DNA from: a virus
DNA length: 64,000 nt
Strand: one strand, 5' to 3'
Virus record (IMG/VR): IMGVR_UViG_3300032308_000833
Location: 16,763-80,762 of that record
Shown here: one piece after another, positions 1 to 8,168 of the stretch
Layout of the letters: every line of letters begins with the position of its first letter
Numbering within the stretch: the stretch's first letter is position 1
Position numbers and translations under genes: made by a program
Notes under the pieces: generated by a model
What the model saw: only the letters and a program-made list of their open reading frames with translations
Databases searched by the model: none
Told to the model about the DNA's origin: nothing

Positions 1-276
1 GATTTAACATTAAGTGATATTGGTCAAAGTATAACTTTTGATTCTACAGGAGCATGGACAGTAACTATTCCACCTAATTCAAGTATTGCTTTTCCAATAG
101 GATCAGAAATAGATGTTTTTAGAATGAATACTGGATCTGTTACATTTGTTCCAGGTGCAGGAGTTACTTTAAATAGTAAAAATACAAATAGATCAATTGC
201 AGCAAGGTATTCAGGTGCATCCTTGTTTAAGTTTGATACAAACACTTGGCTTCTAGTCGGCGACTTGATCGCATAA
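1..276 (+). CDS. 3' end of a fibre-like virion protein (partial, not in ORF track)
   Basis: Frame +1 is open from base 1 to TAA 274-276: DLTLSDIGQSITFDSTGAWTVTIPPNSSIAFPIGSEIDVFRMNTGSVTFVPGAGVTLNS...ASLFKFDTNTWLLVGDLIA. It is clearly homologous to the C-terminus of 6414..8138. Confidence 0.85.
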   Translation, partial: DLTLSDIGQSITFDSTGAWTVTIPPNSSIAFPIGSEIDVFRMNTGSVTFVPGAGVTLNSKNTNRSIAARYSGASLFKFDTNTWLLVGDLIA

Positions 277-285
277 GGGTTTGCT

Positions 286-1200
286 ATGGCATTATTTGGA
301 AAACTAGTTAAATACGTTGTAAAAAAAGGAATGAAACTGGTTCCTAATTTTATTGGAAGAACAAGTGCACAGGCTCAAGCAGATGTTGTATCTGAAGGTT
401 TTGTTTTAGGTAATGTAACCACTACAGTTTCTGGAGAACCTGCTGAATTAGCAAACGATGGATTAATTGTTGAGCAGATTCCCGCAGTTACAACACCAGC
501 AGATTATGAAGCACCTGTTGATTTAACCGTAAGACAGTTTAGTTTTACACCATTTGGTGTATTTGGATTTTCACCTTTCAACGTTTTTGGATTCTCACCT
601 TTCAACGTTTTTGGATTCTCACCTTTTAACGTTTTTGGATTTTCACCTTTTAGAGTTTTTGGATTCTCACCAACTACCTATACTTTTTCATTTTCACCAG
701 TTCCATATTGCATAGATGAAAATACACCAGTATTAACTAAAGAAGGATATAAGTTAGCAAAAGATATAGTTGTTAACGATATATTAATGACTAAAACTTT
801 TGATGGTTTACCTATAACAAACCATGAAGGTTTAAAATCTTGGTCAGATACTATAGATAAAGAATATCATTCTGTAGAGTCTAAAGTAACAAACATTAAA
901 AAAACTAATGTTCTTGAAACTATTATAATTAATGATGATAAGTATAAAAGATTTTCTACTCAAGAAGATATTTTAATAATAAGAGAAGAAAAATTAATGT
1001 TTTGTGTTGCTTCTGAATTAAAAATAAATGATCAAATAGTAAAAAGTCCAACCGAAATGATTGGCGATCAAATAGCATGTATTGTTTATAAAATAGAAAC
1101 AGTAAAAGAAGATAGAAATGTTTATGATTTTATGAGAGAACCATTTGGCTTGATTGTGGCAGATTCTTTACTTGTATATAATGCTTATCCAGTAGATTAA
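286..1200 (+). CDS. PASTA-like domain + (FGFSPFxV)n repeat + Hint (intein-like) domain protein
   Basis: VPNFIGRTSAQAQADVVSEGFVLG...IVEQIPAVTT...VDLTV resembles PASTA; 8-aa repeats follow; the Hint domain starts at C142 (CIDENTPVLT) and ends VYDF...IVADSLLVYN. Confidence 0.8.
   Translation: MALFGKLVKYVVKKGMKLVPNFIGRTSAQAQADVVSEGFVLGNVTTTVSGEPAELANDGLIVEQIPAVTTPADYEAPVDLTVRQFSFTPFGVFGFSPFNVFGFSPFNVFGFSPFNVFGFSPFRVFGFSPTTYTFSFSPVPYCIDENTPVLTKEGYKLAKDIVVNDILMTKTFDGLPITNHEGLKSWSDTIDKEYHSVESKVTNIKKTNVLETIIINDDKYKRFSTQEDILIIREEKLMFCVASELKINDQIVKSPTEMIGDQIACIVYKIETVKEDRNVYDFMREPFGLIVADSLLVYNAYPVD
538..672 (+). repeat. 24-nt in-frame tandem repeat encoding FGFSPFxV (5 units + partial)
   Basis: FSFTPFGV FGFSPFNV FGFSPFNV FGFSPFNV FGFSPFRV FGFSP, read directly from the sequence. 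Confidence 0.97.
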
Positions 1201-1772
1201 TCTTTAGGAAACTGATACATAAATTCTCTAGTTTTTGAAGTTATGCCTTTCCAAGGTCCCCAATTTTTTCCACCATCACTCATTATGTAAGCAACTTGAC
1301 AGTTAATTGATGGGTTTAAAAGTTGACTTGTGTAGTCTAGATTATATTTTTCTTTTCTATCAGCATTAAGGTCACCAATCATATTTATTTGAAATAATCC
1401 GTATGATTTGTCTCCAGTGCTTTTATTGCCATTAAAGGCCAATGAGTTCCCCATTGATTCTTTTTTAACAATAGCCCAAGCCTCTACCAAATGCTTATTT
1501 TCAAAACCACAAGCAGATAACAAAGTTTTTAGTTCAATGTCAGTAAGTTGTCCTTTATCCTGATATTCAGCAAGGGTTCTTACATTATCTCTAGATGGTT
1601 TATTTAAATGATCTGGTCTAGAAAGCAAAAAAACCGCCTCAGCGGTAAATGTTGCATATTTATCGTTTTTCAGGTTAGTTTCAACACCTTGAGCATTAGA
1701 AATGTTCAAAAATACTGAAGATAATCCAAGACTTGCGAGCAATCCTATTAAAAATTTTTTATCTTTTTTCAT
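1197..1772 (-). CDS. Secreted lytic transglycosylase / lysozyme-fold muralytic enzyme
   Basis: Signal peptide (MKKDKKFLIGLLASLGLSSVFLNISNAQG); AWAIVKKES catalytic Glu motif; SYGLFQIN; NP..N..VAY; W.PW; AGGAG RBS. Confidence 0.8.
   Translation of the reverse strand: MKKDKKFLIGLLASLGLSSVFLNISNAQGVETNLKNDKYATFTAEAVFLLSRPDHLNKPSRDNVRTLAEYQDKGQLTDIELKTLLSACGFENKHLVEAWAIVKKESMGNSLAFNGNKSTGDKSYGLFQINMIGDLNADRKEKYNLDYTSQLLNPSINCQVAYIMSDGGKNWGPWKGITSKTREFMYQFPKD
1627..1646 (-). terminator. Intrinsic terminator-like hairpin inside the transglycosylase CDS
   Basis: Minus strand reads ACCGC-TGAG-GCGGT followed by TTTTTT. Confidence 0.55.
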
Positions 1773-1791
1773 AGTTCTCTCCTAAGAAAAC

Positions 1792-1814
1792 ATGACACCC
1801 TTGGTAGGTGTCAT
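1792..1814 (-). promoter_or_regulatory. Perfect 8-bp hairpin in the 5' leader of the transglycosylase gene
   Basis: ATGACACC-N7-GGTGTCAT just downstream of the minus-strand promoter TGTTATACT (1821-1829). Confidence 0.5.
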
Positions 1815-1895
1815 ATATCAAGTATAACATCTATTTGCCAGTAAGTCAAATCAAAAATGTCATATTAGTAAGATAATACAAAAAATTATTTAAAA

Positions 1896-1904
1896 TGATA
1901 TAAT
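1896..1904 (+). promoter_or_regulatory. Extended -10 promoter, leaderless transcript
   Basis: TGATATAAT, then 6 nt, then ATG 1911; no SD. Confidence 0.7.
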
Positions 1905-1910
1905 ATTTGT

Positions 1911-2438
1911 ATGGCAACAGGTCAATCAAGCATATATAATTTACCATACCCACAAGTTGATGATAGTGTAAACGTACATGGAGATATTGCTTCTTTAGCA
2001 ACTTCATTAGATAATACACTTGCTGGACTTGGCTTATCTTACATGAAATTAGATGTAATTAATACATCTGGAGCATCAATTGCAGCAGGATCTCCTGTAT
2101 TTATTAATGGTCATAATTCAGGACAAGATTTAACAACAGTAGGAAAAGCAATTCCTACAACAACATCACCAATATTAGGATTATTAAAATCTACAACAGC
2201 AAATAATGCACAAGGAATATGTGTAGTCTCTGGAGTATTACCAGATGTTAATACATCTGAATTTGTTGCAGGTGATATTTTGTATGTAAAGACTGGTGGA
2301 GGTTTAACAAATGTTAGACCATCAGGTGGTGCAGGTGCAGTAGCAGTTTGTGCCTATGCAGATGCATCTAATGGAGTTCTTGTAGTTACCGCCAAAGGTA
2401 ACGGTACTTGGGGAGCATTAAAGAACGGTCTTTCATAA
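1911..2438 (+). CDS. Putative virion/minor structural protein
   Basis: N-terminal LPYP...D..SLA..LD motif typical of fibre N-termini; Gly-rich beta region (GDILYV..GGGLT). Confidence 0.5.
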   Translation: MATGQSSIYNLPYPQVDDSVNVHGDIASLATSLDNTLAGLGLSYMKLDVINTSGASIAAGSPVFINGHNSGQDLTTVGKAIPTTTSPILGLLKSTTANNAQGICVVSGVLPDVNTSEFVAGDILYVKTGGGLTNVRPSGGAGAVAVCAYADASNGVLVVTAKGNGTWGALKNGLS

Positions 2439-2453
2439 TTATTTATCCAAACA

Positions 2454-2462
2454 TGATATAAT
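2454..2462 (+). promoter_or_regulatory. Extended -10 promoter, leaderless transcript
   Basis: TGATATAAT, then 6 nt, then ATG 2469. Confidence 0.7.
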
Positions 2463-2468
2463 TACAAT

Positions 2469-2876
2469 ATGGCCATTCTCAGAAACTCATCTCAAGATTT
2501 ATACAACGTAGGTGCTAAACCCCCAACCGTTAAATGGACAGTAGTTCGTGGTGACACCTCAGCATTTAAAGTTTACGTAACAGACGACGCCCAAGCCCCT
2601 TTAGTTATAGCAGATTGGGATATTGCTATGAAAATTAAAAGACCAAACCTTGCTAAAGATCTTGGAGTAATAACGGATAATGCAAATACAATTATGCTTT
2701 TGACTCCTGCAGCAGATGCAGATGATTTGGCTGGAGAATTTACAGTTAGACTTGCAGCAGAAGAATCACACAATCTTCAAACAGGAGATATTTTTGATAT
2801 CGAGTTATCTACAGCAGAAATTGTTTGGACAGTTGCACAAGGTAGCATGATTATACTTGAAGATGTAACTGACTAA
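2469..2876 (+). CDS. Putative virion structural protein (BppU-N-like beta sandwich)
   Basis: VRGDT..F.V ... FDIEL ... QG...I..DVT pattern common in phage baseplate/fibre adaptors. Confidence 0.45.
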   Translation: MAILRNSSQDLYNVGAKPPTVKWTVVRGDTSAFKVYVTDDAQAPLVIADWDIAMKIKRPNLAKDLGVITDNANTIMLLTPAADADDLAGEFTVRLAAEESHNLQTGDIFDIELSTAEIVWTVAQGSMIILEDVTD

Positions 2877-3100
2877 TGGCAACAGCAATTATTGTTGATG
2901 ACAATAAACAAAAATTAAGACGTATTGAAACCTCAGACTATTACCAAACCAAAATATCCTACAAGCCTAGCACGGTAGAGATAAATTACACTTTACCTTT
3001 TAGAATAAGATTTACAACAATAACAGTAGAAGGGTATGGTCCAGGTAATGTGCCCCCAATTCCTTTACAGGTTATTGGCTATAGCAACTATATACTGTAG
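2876..3100 (+). CDS. Hypothetical protein
   Basis: TAATG stop/start overlap with the upstream gene; 74 aa. Confidence 0.6.
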   Translation: MATAIIVDDNKQKLRRIETSDYYQTKISYKPSTVEINYTLPFRIRFTTITVEGYGPGNVPPIPLQVIGYSNYIL

Positions 3101-3109
3101 AATAGACAT

Positions 3110-3841
3110 ATGGCTAAAAAAGAAAAACCTAGCATATTTATAGCAACCCCAATGTACGGTGGGGTTTGTCATGGATACTTTATGAAAAGTGTCATGGGAC
3201 TAGTAATGAAACTAACCTACAAAGGATACAAAGTAACCTTTAACGACTTGTACAACGAATCTTTAATTAACAGGGCCAGAAACACCCTTACAGAACTATT
3301 CTTAAGATCTGATGCTGACTACCTATTGTTTATTGATGGTGACGAAGGTTTTAACGCTGATGGTGTTATAGATATGATTGATACAGATTTAGATATTATT
3401 GGGGCTGCCGTGCCAATGAAAGCAATTAACTGGGCTAACGTAGAAAAAGCAGCAGAATTAAAAAAACCTGATTTGAAAAGGTTTGGATCTTATGTAAACA
3501 TAAACTTTGTTGATAGACAAGACTTACATAAGGTAGCAGATAATCCTAAAAAACCATTAGAGGTAAAAAACATAGGAACTGGTTTGCTGTTAATTAAACG
3601 TAATGTTTTTGAAACAATGAAAGAGCATGTTGGAAAATATAAAAGTGATCAACTAGATTTGGGTGGTATTAAAAAAGGTGAATACATTTATGATTTTTGG
3701 AAAACACAGGTAGACCCAGAAGAAGAAAGACTTTTGTCAGAAGACTACTATTTCTGTACACTATGGCGTAAACTTGGCGGTTCTGTGTATGTAGCACCAC
3801 ACGTTAAGGTAGTGCACGTAGGAACCTATATATTTGTTTAA
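3110..3841 (+). CDS. GT-A fold glycosyltransferase-like protein
   Basis: IFIATPMYGG; ESLINRARN; LLFIDGD (DxD); GTGLLLIKR; LSEDYYFC; HVG. Confidence 0.8.
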   Translation: MAKKEKPSIFIATPMYGGVCHGYFMKSVMGLVMKLTYKGYKVTFNDLYNESLINRARNTLTELFLRSDADYLLFIDGDEGFNADGVIDMIDTDLDIIGAAVPMKAINWANVEKAAELKKPDLKRFGSYVNINFVDRQDLHKVADNPKKPLEVKNIGTGLLLIKRNVFETMKEHVGKYKSDQLDLGGIKKGEYIYDFWKTQVDPEEERLLSEDYYFCTLWRKLGGSVYVAPHVKVVHVGTYIFV

Positions 3842-3865
3842 TTTGCAATAATTTTGTAAAAATAA

Positions 3866-3874
3866 TGTTATAAT
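3866..3874 (+). promoter_or_regulatory. Extended -10 promoter, leaderless transcript
   Basis: TGTTATAAT, then 6 nt, then ATG 3881. Confidence 0.7.
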
Positions 3875-3880
3875 TTAGTC

Positions 3881-4327
3881 ATGGCACAACAATCAATTGC
3901 AACAGTAAAATCACGTTATGAGACTGGCGATAGGCCATCTCAGCAAGACTATGAAGATTTAATTGACACTACCGCGTCCCAAGCAACACGCCTTGGTACT
4001 TTTGGTAATAACGACAATACAATATCAGAAATTCAGAACACAACAATTGTTGATAGTTTTGATGCAACAGAGTGGAGAATGGTTAAGTACCTTGTTTCAA
4101 TTTCTAAAACAACACAAGGCGATAACTATTTTTACGCAACAGAATTGACCATATTGGTTGACGGAGCAGATGTTTCCGTAAGCGAATATGGGACAATAGA
4201 CAACGATGGGAATATTGGAACCATAAGCGTCTCAAGGGCTGGAAATACAGTGGCTTTAACAATCACTCCAGACTCAGTAATAAAGCCAGTCACCTTGCGT
4301 TACGCACGCATGGGACTTAAGGCATAA
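3881..4327 (+). CDS. Virion fibre-associated protein
   Basis: ETGDRPSQQDYEDLID N-terminal motif; C-terminal domain similar to the C-terminus of 4339..5871. Confidence 0.55.
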   Translation: MAQQSIATVKSRYETGDRPSQQDYEDLIDTTASQATRLGTFGNNDNTISEIQNTTIVDSFDATEWRMVKYLVSISKTTQGDNYFYATELTILVDGADVSVSEYGTIDNDGNIGTISVSRAGNTVALTITPDSVIKPVTLRYARMGLKA

Positions 4328-4338
4328 GGAGATAAAAT

Positions 4339-5871
4339 ATGGCAACATTAAATAAAAATTTCAAGATTAAACATGGTTTAATCGTTGAAGGAACAACAGG
4401 TACAATTAACAACTTTGACATCTTGACAAAAAGTACAGATGATCAAAACTACATTATAGACCTGGTTGGTGGAGACGCTTCATCAAACGCAGTAGCAAAC
4501 ACACTAGTACTTCGTGATGCAAATGCAAACTTTTTTGCAAATACAATCACAGCAGACTTAGTTGGAGATGTAACTGGTCAAGTATCAGACATTTCTAATC
4601 ATGATTCTGATGATGTAGCAGAAGGTACAACAAACCTTTACTTTACAAACGAAAGAGCAGCAAATGCAACTGCAGCATCCTATGATGCTATAGGCTCAGC
4701 AGCAAATGCTTATTCAAATGCAACTGCTTACACAGATCTAGAAGTAGGTAATGCAATTGCTGACTTAGAAGACTATGCAGATTTTGCAGCAGGAAATGCT
4801 TTAGCAAATGCAAACTCATACACTGACAACGCAATTTCTAATGCAGTCTCTGACTTAGAAGAATACACTGACTTTGCAGTAGGCAATGCAGTGGCTGACT
4901 TAGAAGATTATGCAGACTTTGCAGTAGGTAATGCAATTGCTGATTTAACAAACAATGCACCAGCGTTATTAGATACACTTAACGAAATCGCAGAAGCAAT
5001 TGGTGACGATGCAAACTTTGTTGGAACAATAACCAACTTAGTTGCAGAAAAACAAAATGCTTTGATTGCAGGAACTGACATTGATATCGTAGGAAACACA
5101 ATTTCCTTTACTGGAAGTTACGATCCTTCAGGCTCAGCAGCAAATGCTTATTCAAATGCAACTGCTTACACAGATCTAGAAATAGGAAATGCATATGCAG
5201 ATTTAGAACTGTTTGCTAACAACGCAGCAGGTAATGCTTTAGCAAATGCAAATTCTTACACAGATAATGCAATTGGTCTTTTGTCAACAACTGATATCGA
5301 AGAAGGAACAAACGAATACTTCACAGATACAAGGGCTAAAGAGTCAGCAGCAAGTTTGTTAACAATGGCAACTCTAACAAATATCTCAATCACAGGTAAC
5401 TCTGAAGGATTGGTAATTACAGCAGAAAATGGTGTAGGAGACTCTAACACAGATGCGTTGGCTGAAGGTTCAACAAACCTTTATTTCACAGATCAACGTG
5501 CAGTAGATGCTCTTGAAGCAATAATACCTAATTTCACTGAAATTGATATTAACACAGTTGCTAGACAAGTTGCAGCAACAGTAAATGCTCCAACAGCAAG
5601 CACAGTTACAGCAATTGACTGGGCATTAGCAGAATATCGCTCAGCCGAATTCTTGGTAAAAGTTGCTTACGGTGCACACACAGAAGTTTCAAAAGTTATC
5701 TTAACTCTTGATACTTCAAACAACATCGCAATCACAGAATACGCAATTGTAGGAACAAATGGATCCGCATCCACAATTTCTGCAGACGTAAACGGAACAG
5801 ATGTAAGACTAAGAGTAGCAACAGCCAATAACAACTCAGATGTAACAGTTGTTGGAACATTGTTAGTCTAG
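4339..5871 (+). CDS. Tail fibre-like protein with coiled-coil repeats
   Basis: Repeated EG.TN.YFT..RA, A.AYTD and GNAIADLEDYADFA motifs; APALLDTLNEIAEAIGDD fibre motif. Confidence 0.7.
   Translation: MATLNKNFKIKHGLIVEGTTGTINNFDILTKSTDDQNYIIDLVGGDASSNAVANTLVLRDANANFFANTITADLVGDVTGQVSDISNHDSDDVAEGTTNLYFTNERAANATAASYDAIGSAANAYSNATAYTDLEVGNAIADLEDYADFAAGNALANANSYTDNAISNAVSDLEEYTDFAVGNAVADLEDYADFAVGNAIADLTNNAPALLDTLNEIAEAIGDDANFVGTITNLVAEKQNALIAGTDIDIVGNTISFTGSYDPSGSAANAYSNATAYTDLEIGNAYADLELFANNAAGNALANANSYTDNAIGLLSTTDIEEGTNEYFTDTRAKESAASLLTMATLTNISITGNSEGLVITAENGVGDSNTDALAEGSTNLYFTDQRAVDALEAIIPNFTEIDINTVARQVAATVNAPTASTVTAIDWALAEYRSAEFLVKVAYGAHTEVSKVILTLDTSNNIAITEYAIVGTNGSASTISADVNGTDVRLRVATANNNSDVTVVGTLLV
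4692..5181 (+). repeat. Identical 52-nt direct repeat (4692-4743 and 5130-5181) in the fibre gene
   Basis: aggctcagcagcaaatgcttattcaaatgcaactgcttacacagatctagaa occurs twice (GSAANAYSNATAYTDLE). Confidence 0.85.
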
Positions 5872-5892
5872 TAAAAAATTAGGGGGCAGTAA

Positions 5893-6345
5893 ATGACCAC
5901 AAATCTAAAAGATTTTAAAGTCAAGAATGGATTAGTCGTAACTAACGGCGGTTCATTTGGAAACGCGGTAGCAGTAGGAGAACCTACATTAGGAACTCAC
6001 GCTACTACTAAAGATTACGTAGATTCTGTAACTGGTACACCAGTATCAAATACTGCCCCTCTTTCCCCAGACAATGGGGATATGTGGTTTGATACCACGG
6101 TAGAAAGATTAAAAGTTTATTATGAAACTGATTGGTTTACAATTGCAACAAGCAATGATGTACAAAATATTCCAGATCACATTCATGATACAGCAATTGA
6201 TGGTAACGGAAGAATTGTTACAGTATTCTGGGATGCTGAACAATATGACGATCCACAAATTTCTACATTAAGTGGTGGAACACCGTTTTCAAATTCATGG
6301 GCAGCAGTATTTGATGGTGGAAATCCAGACAGTGAATTTAATTAA
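5893..6345 (+). CDS. Short fibre-like virion protein
   Basis: DFKVKNGL start shared with 4339 (NFKIKHGL); HATTKDYVD; GDMWFDT...LKVYY; FDGG.P. Confidence 0.6.
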   Translation: MTTNLKDFKVKNGLVVTNGGSFGNAVAVGEPTLGTHATTKDYVDSVTGTPVSNTAPLSPDNGDMWFDTTVERLKVYYETDWFTIATSNDVQNIPDHIHDTAIDGNGRIVTVFWDAEQYDDPQISTLSGGTPFSNSWAAVFDGGNPDSEFN

Positions 6346-6413
6346 AACATTTTAAAAAACTGTTATAATTAAAACAAAATCAAAAGTAGGTAAGACCTAC
6401 ACAGGGAGATAAA

Positions 6414-8138
6414 ATGGCAACAAGGATGCTACAACGTAGAGGAACTGCTACACAGTGGGCTAATGCTAACCCTACTCTGGGTTCTGGAGAAATTGGTTTT
6501 GAAACCGACACAGGACAATTTAAAATAGGTGACAACTCTACAGCATGGGATGATTTGCCATACTTTAAAAATATAGAAGATTTAGGCGGAAACCTAGACG
6601 ATTACATTTTATTAGAACAAAAAGGTGCAGCAAACGGTGTTGCCACATTAGATGGAAGCAATTTAATCCCTGTAGCACAAATTCCAAATACTATTGCTAG
6701 AATTACAGATGTAGGAAACGCAATTTCTAACGCTATATCAGATTTAACAAATAACGCACCAGCAATACTAGATACCCTTGCAGAACTAGCAAATGCCATC
6801 AATGATGATGGAGATTTTTTCTTAACTATTTCAAACAGCATTAATAACAGTTTAGATGCCGCTAATGAATACACAGATAATAACATAAATACTTTAGCAA
6901 ACAACGTTGCAGAAGAAGCAGAATTATTAGCAAACACTGTTGCAAATAATCTTTCTTGTGCTGTTGCAAGTTTACAAGAAGAAATTGGAAATGCTGTAAC
7001 TGAATCAGAAGCATATACCGATAACGTTGCTGCTCATACTTTAGGAAATGCACAATTTTATACTGATGGTGAAGTAGACATACTTGCAAACTCTATAACA
7101 GATGCACTATCAAATGCACATTCATACACAGATACTGAAGTTTCAGATCATAACCTAGAAACATTAAATGTGCACGGTATATCAAATACAGCAGTACTTG
7201 TAACATTAACAGATTTGAGCAATCACGAAACTGACACATCAAACGTACATGGTATCACAAATACACTAGCAATAGTGTTTACAGATGATGCAAGACTTTC
7301 TGATGCAAGAACACCACTTGCTAACTCTGTTACAAATAACTCTATATCAGGAACAATTGATCAAAATAAGATCACAAACCTTGCAACAACACTAGGAAAT
7401 CTAGCATCCCTTTCAGGTGCAGCGTTTACTGGTAACGTTTCAACAACTGGTAATTTGACAGTAGACGGAGATTTCACTGTAAGTGGATCTAATGTTCTTG
7501 TATCTGCAACACAAATTCAAATAGAGGACACCTTACTACAACTTGGTCACACAAATGCTAACAACGTAGCAGATCTAGGTTTAGTAGTTTCTTATAACGA
7601 TGGAACACAAAAACATGCTGGTATCGTCAAAGACGTTACAGATAGCAAATGGAAATTGTTTGATGGTGTTACATCAGAACCTGGAACAACAGTTAACTTT
7701 GGACAAGGTTCACTAGATGTTTTGGCACTTTTGACACTTGAGGCAAACTCAATCACTGCAACATCAGATATCACTGCAAACGGAATCGTATTTGCAGACG
7801 GTACACAAAGATTAGAAGGTGTACCTTCACGGACACCTATTATTCAAAAGACAGCAAGTTATACTTTGTCAGCATTGACTGAAAGAGATGATTTAATAGA
7901 AATGGATAGCGTTAGTGCAACAACGCTGACTATTCCTCTTAACTCAGCAGTAGCGTTTCCAGTTGGAACATCTATTGATATTCTTCAAACAAATACTGGT
8001 CAAGTAACAATCGCAGGAGACGCAGGAGTAACAGTAAATGCTACACCAGGTCTTAAACTACGCACACGGTGGTCATCTTGCACTCTATTTAAGAGAGCAA
8101 CTAACACCTGGGTTGTATACGGCGACTTAACTGCATAA
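6414..8138 (+). CDS. Tail fibre protein with Mtd/hyaluronidase-like N-terminus and conserved C-terminal GDLxA domain
   Basis: QRRGTATQW...NPTL..GEIGFETDT..FKIGD; GAANGVATLD; VHGI repeats; C-terminus FPVGT.IDILQ...TNTWVVYGDLTA. Confidence 0.75.
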   Translation: MATRMLQRRGTATQWANANPTLGSGEIGFETDTGQFKIGDNSTAWDDLPYFKNIEDLGGNLDDYILLEQKGAANGVATLDGSNLIPVAQIPNTIARITDVGNAISNAISDLTNNAPAILDTLAELANAINDDGDFFLTISNSINNSLDAANEYTDNNINTLANNVAEEAELLANTVANNLSCAVASLQEEIGNAVTESEAYTDNVAAHTLGNAQFYTDGEVDILANSITDALSNAHSYTDTEVSDHNLETLNVHGISNTAVLVTLTDLSNHETDTSNVHGITNTLAIVFTDDARLSDARTPLANSVTNNSISGTIDQNKITNLATTLGNLASLSGAAFTGNVSTTGNLTVDGDFTVSGSNVLVSATQIQIEDTLLQLGHTNANNVADLGLVVSYNDGTQKHAGIVKDVTDSKWKLFDGVTSEPGTTVNFGQGSLDVLALLTLEANSITATSDITANGIVFADGTQRLEGVPSRTPIIQKTASYTLSALTERDDLIEMDSVSATTLTIPLNSAVAFPVGTSIDILQTNTGQVTIAGDAGVTVNATPGLKLRTRWSSCTLFKRATNTWVVYGDLTA

Positions 8139-8142
8139 CATT

Positions 8143-8151
8143 TGATATAAT
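8143..8151 (+). promoter_or_regulatory. Extended -10 promoter for the FN3-repeat-Hint gene
   Basis: TGATATAAT followed by AAGGAG SD and ATG 8169. Confidence 0.65.
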
Positions 8152-8168
8152 AAGACTAAGGAGATAAC

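Noticed and set aside
709-1182. Hint domains as mobile, splicing inteins
   Set aside because: No homing endonuclease, no +1 Cys/Ser/Thr and almost no C-extein. DnaE, DnaB, NrdJ and TerL show no intein-sized insertions.
6414-8138. Diversity-generating retroelement suggested by the Mtd-like N-terminus
   Set aside because: No reverse transcriptase and no adenine-variant TR/VR pair noticed in the window; the similarity is limited to the virion-attachment N-terminus.
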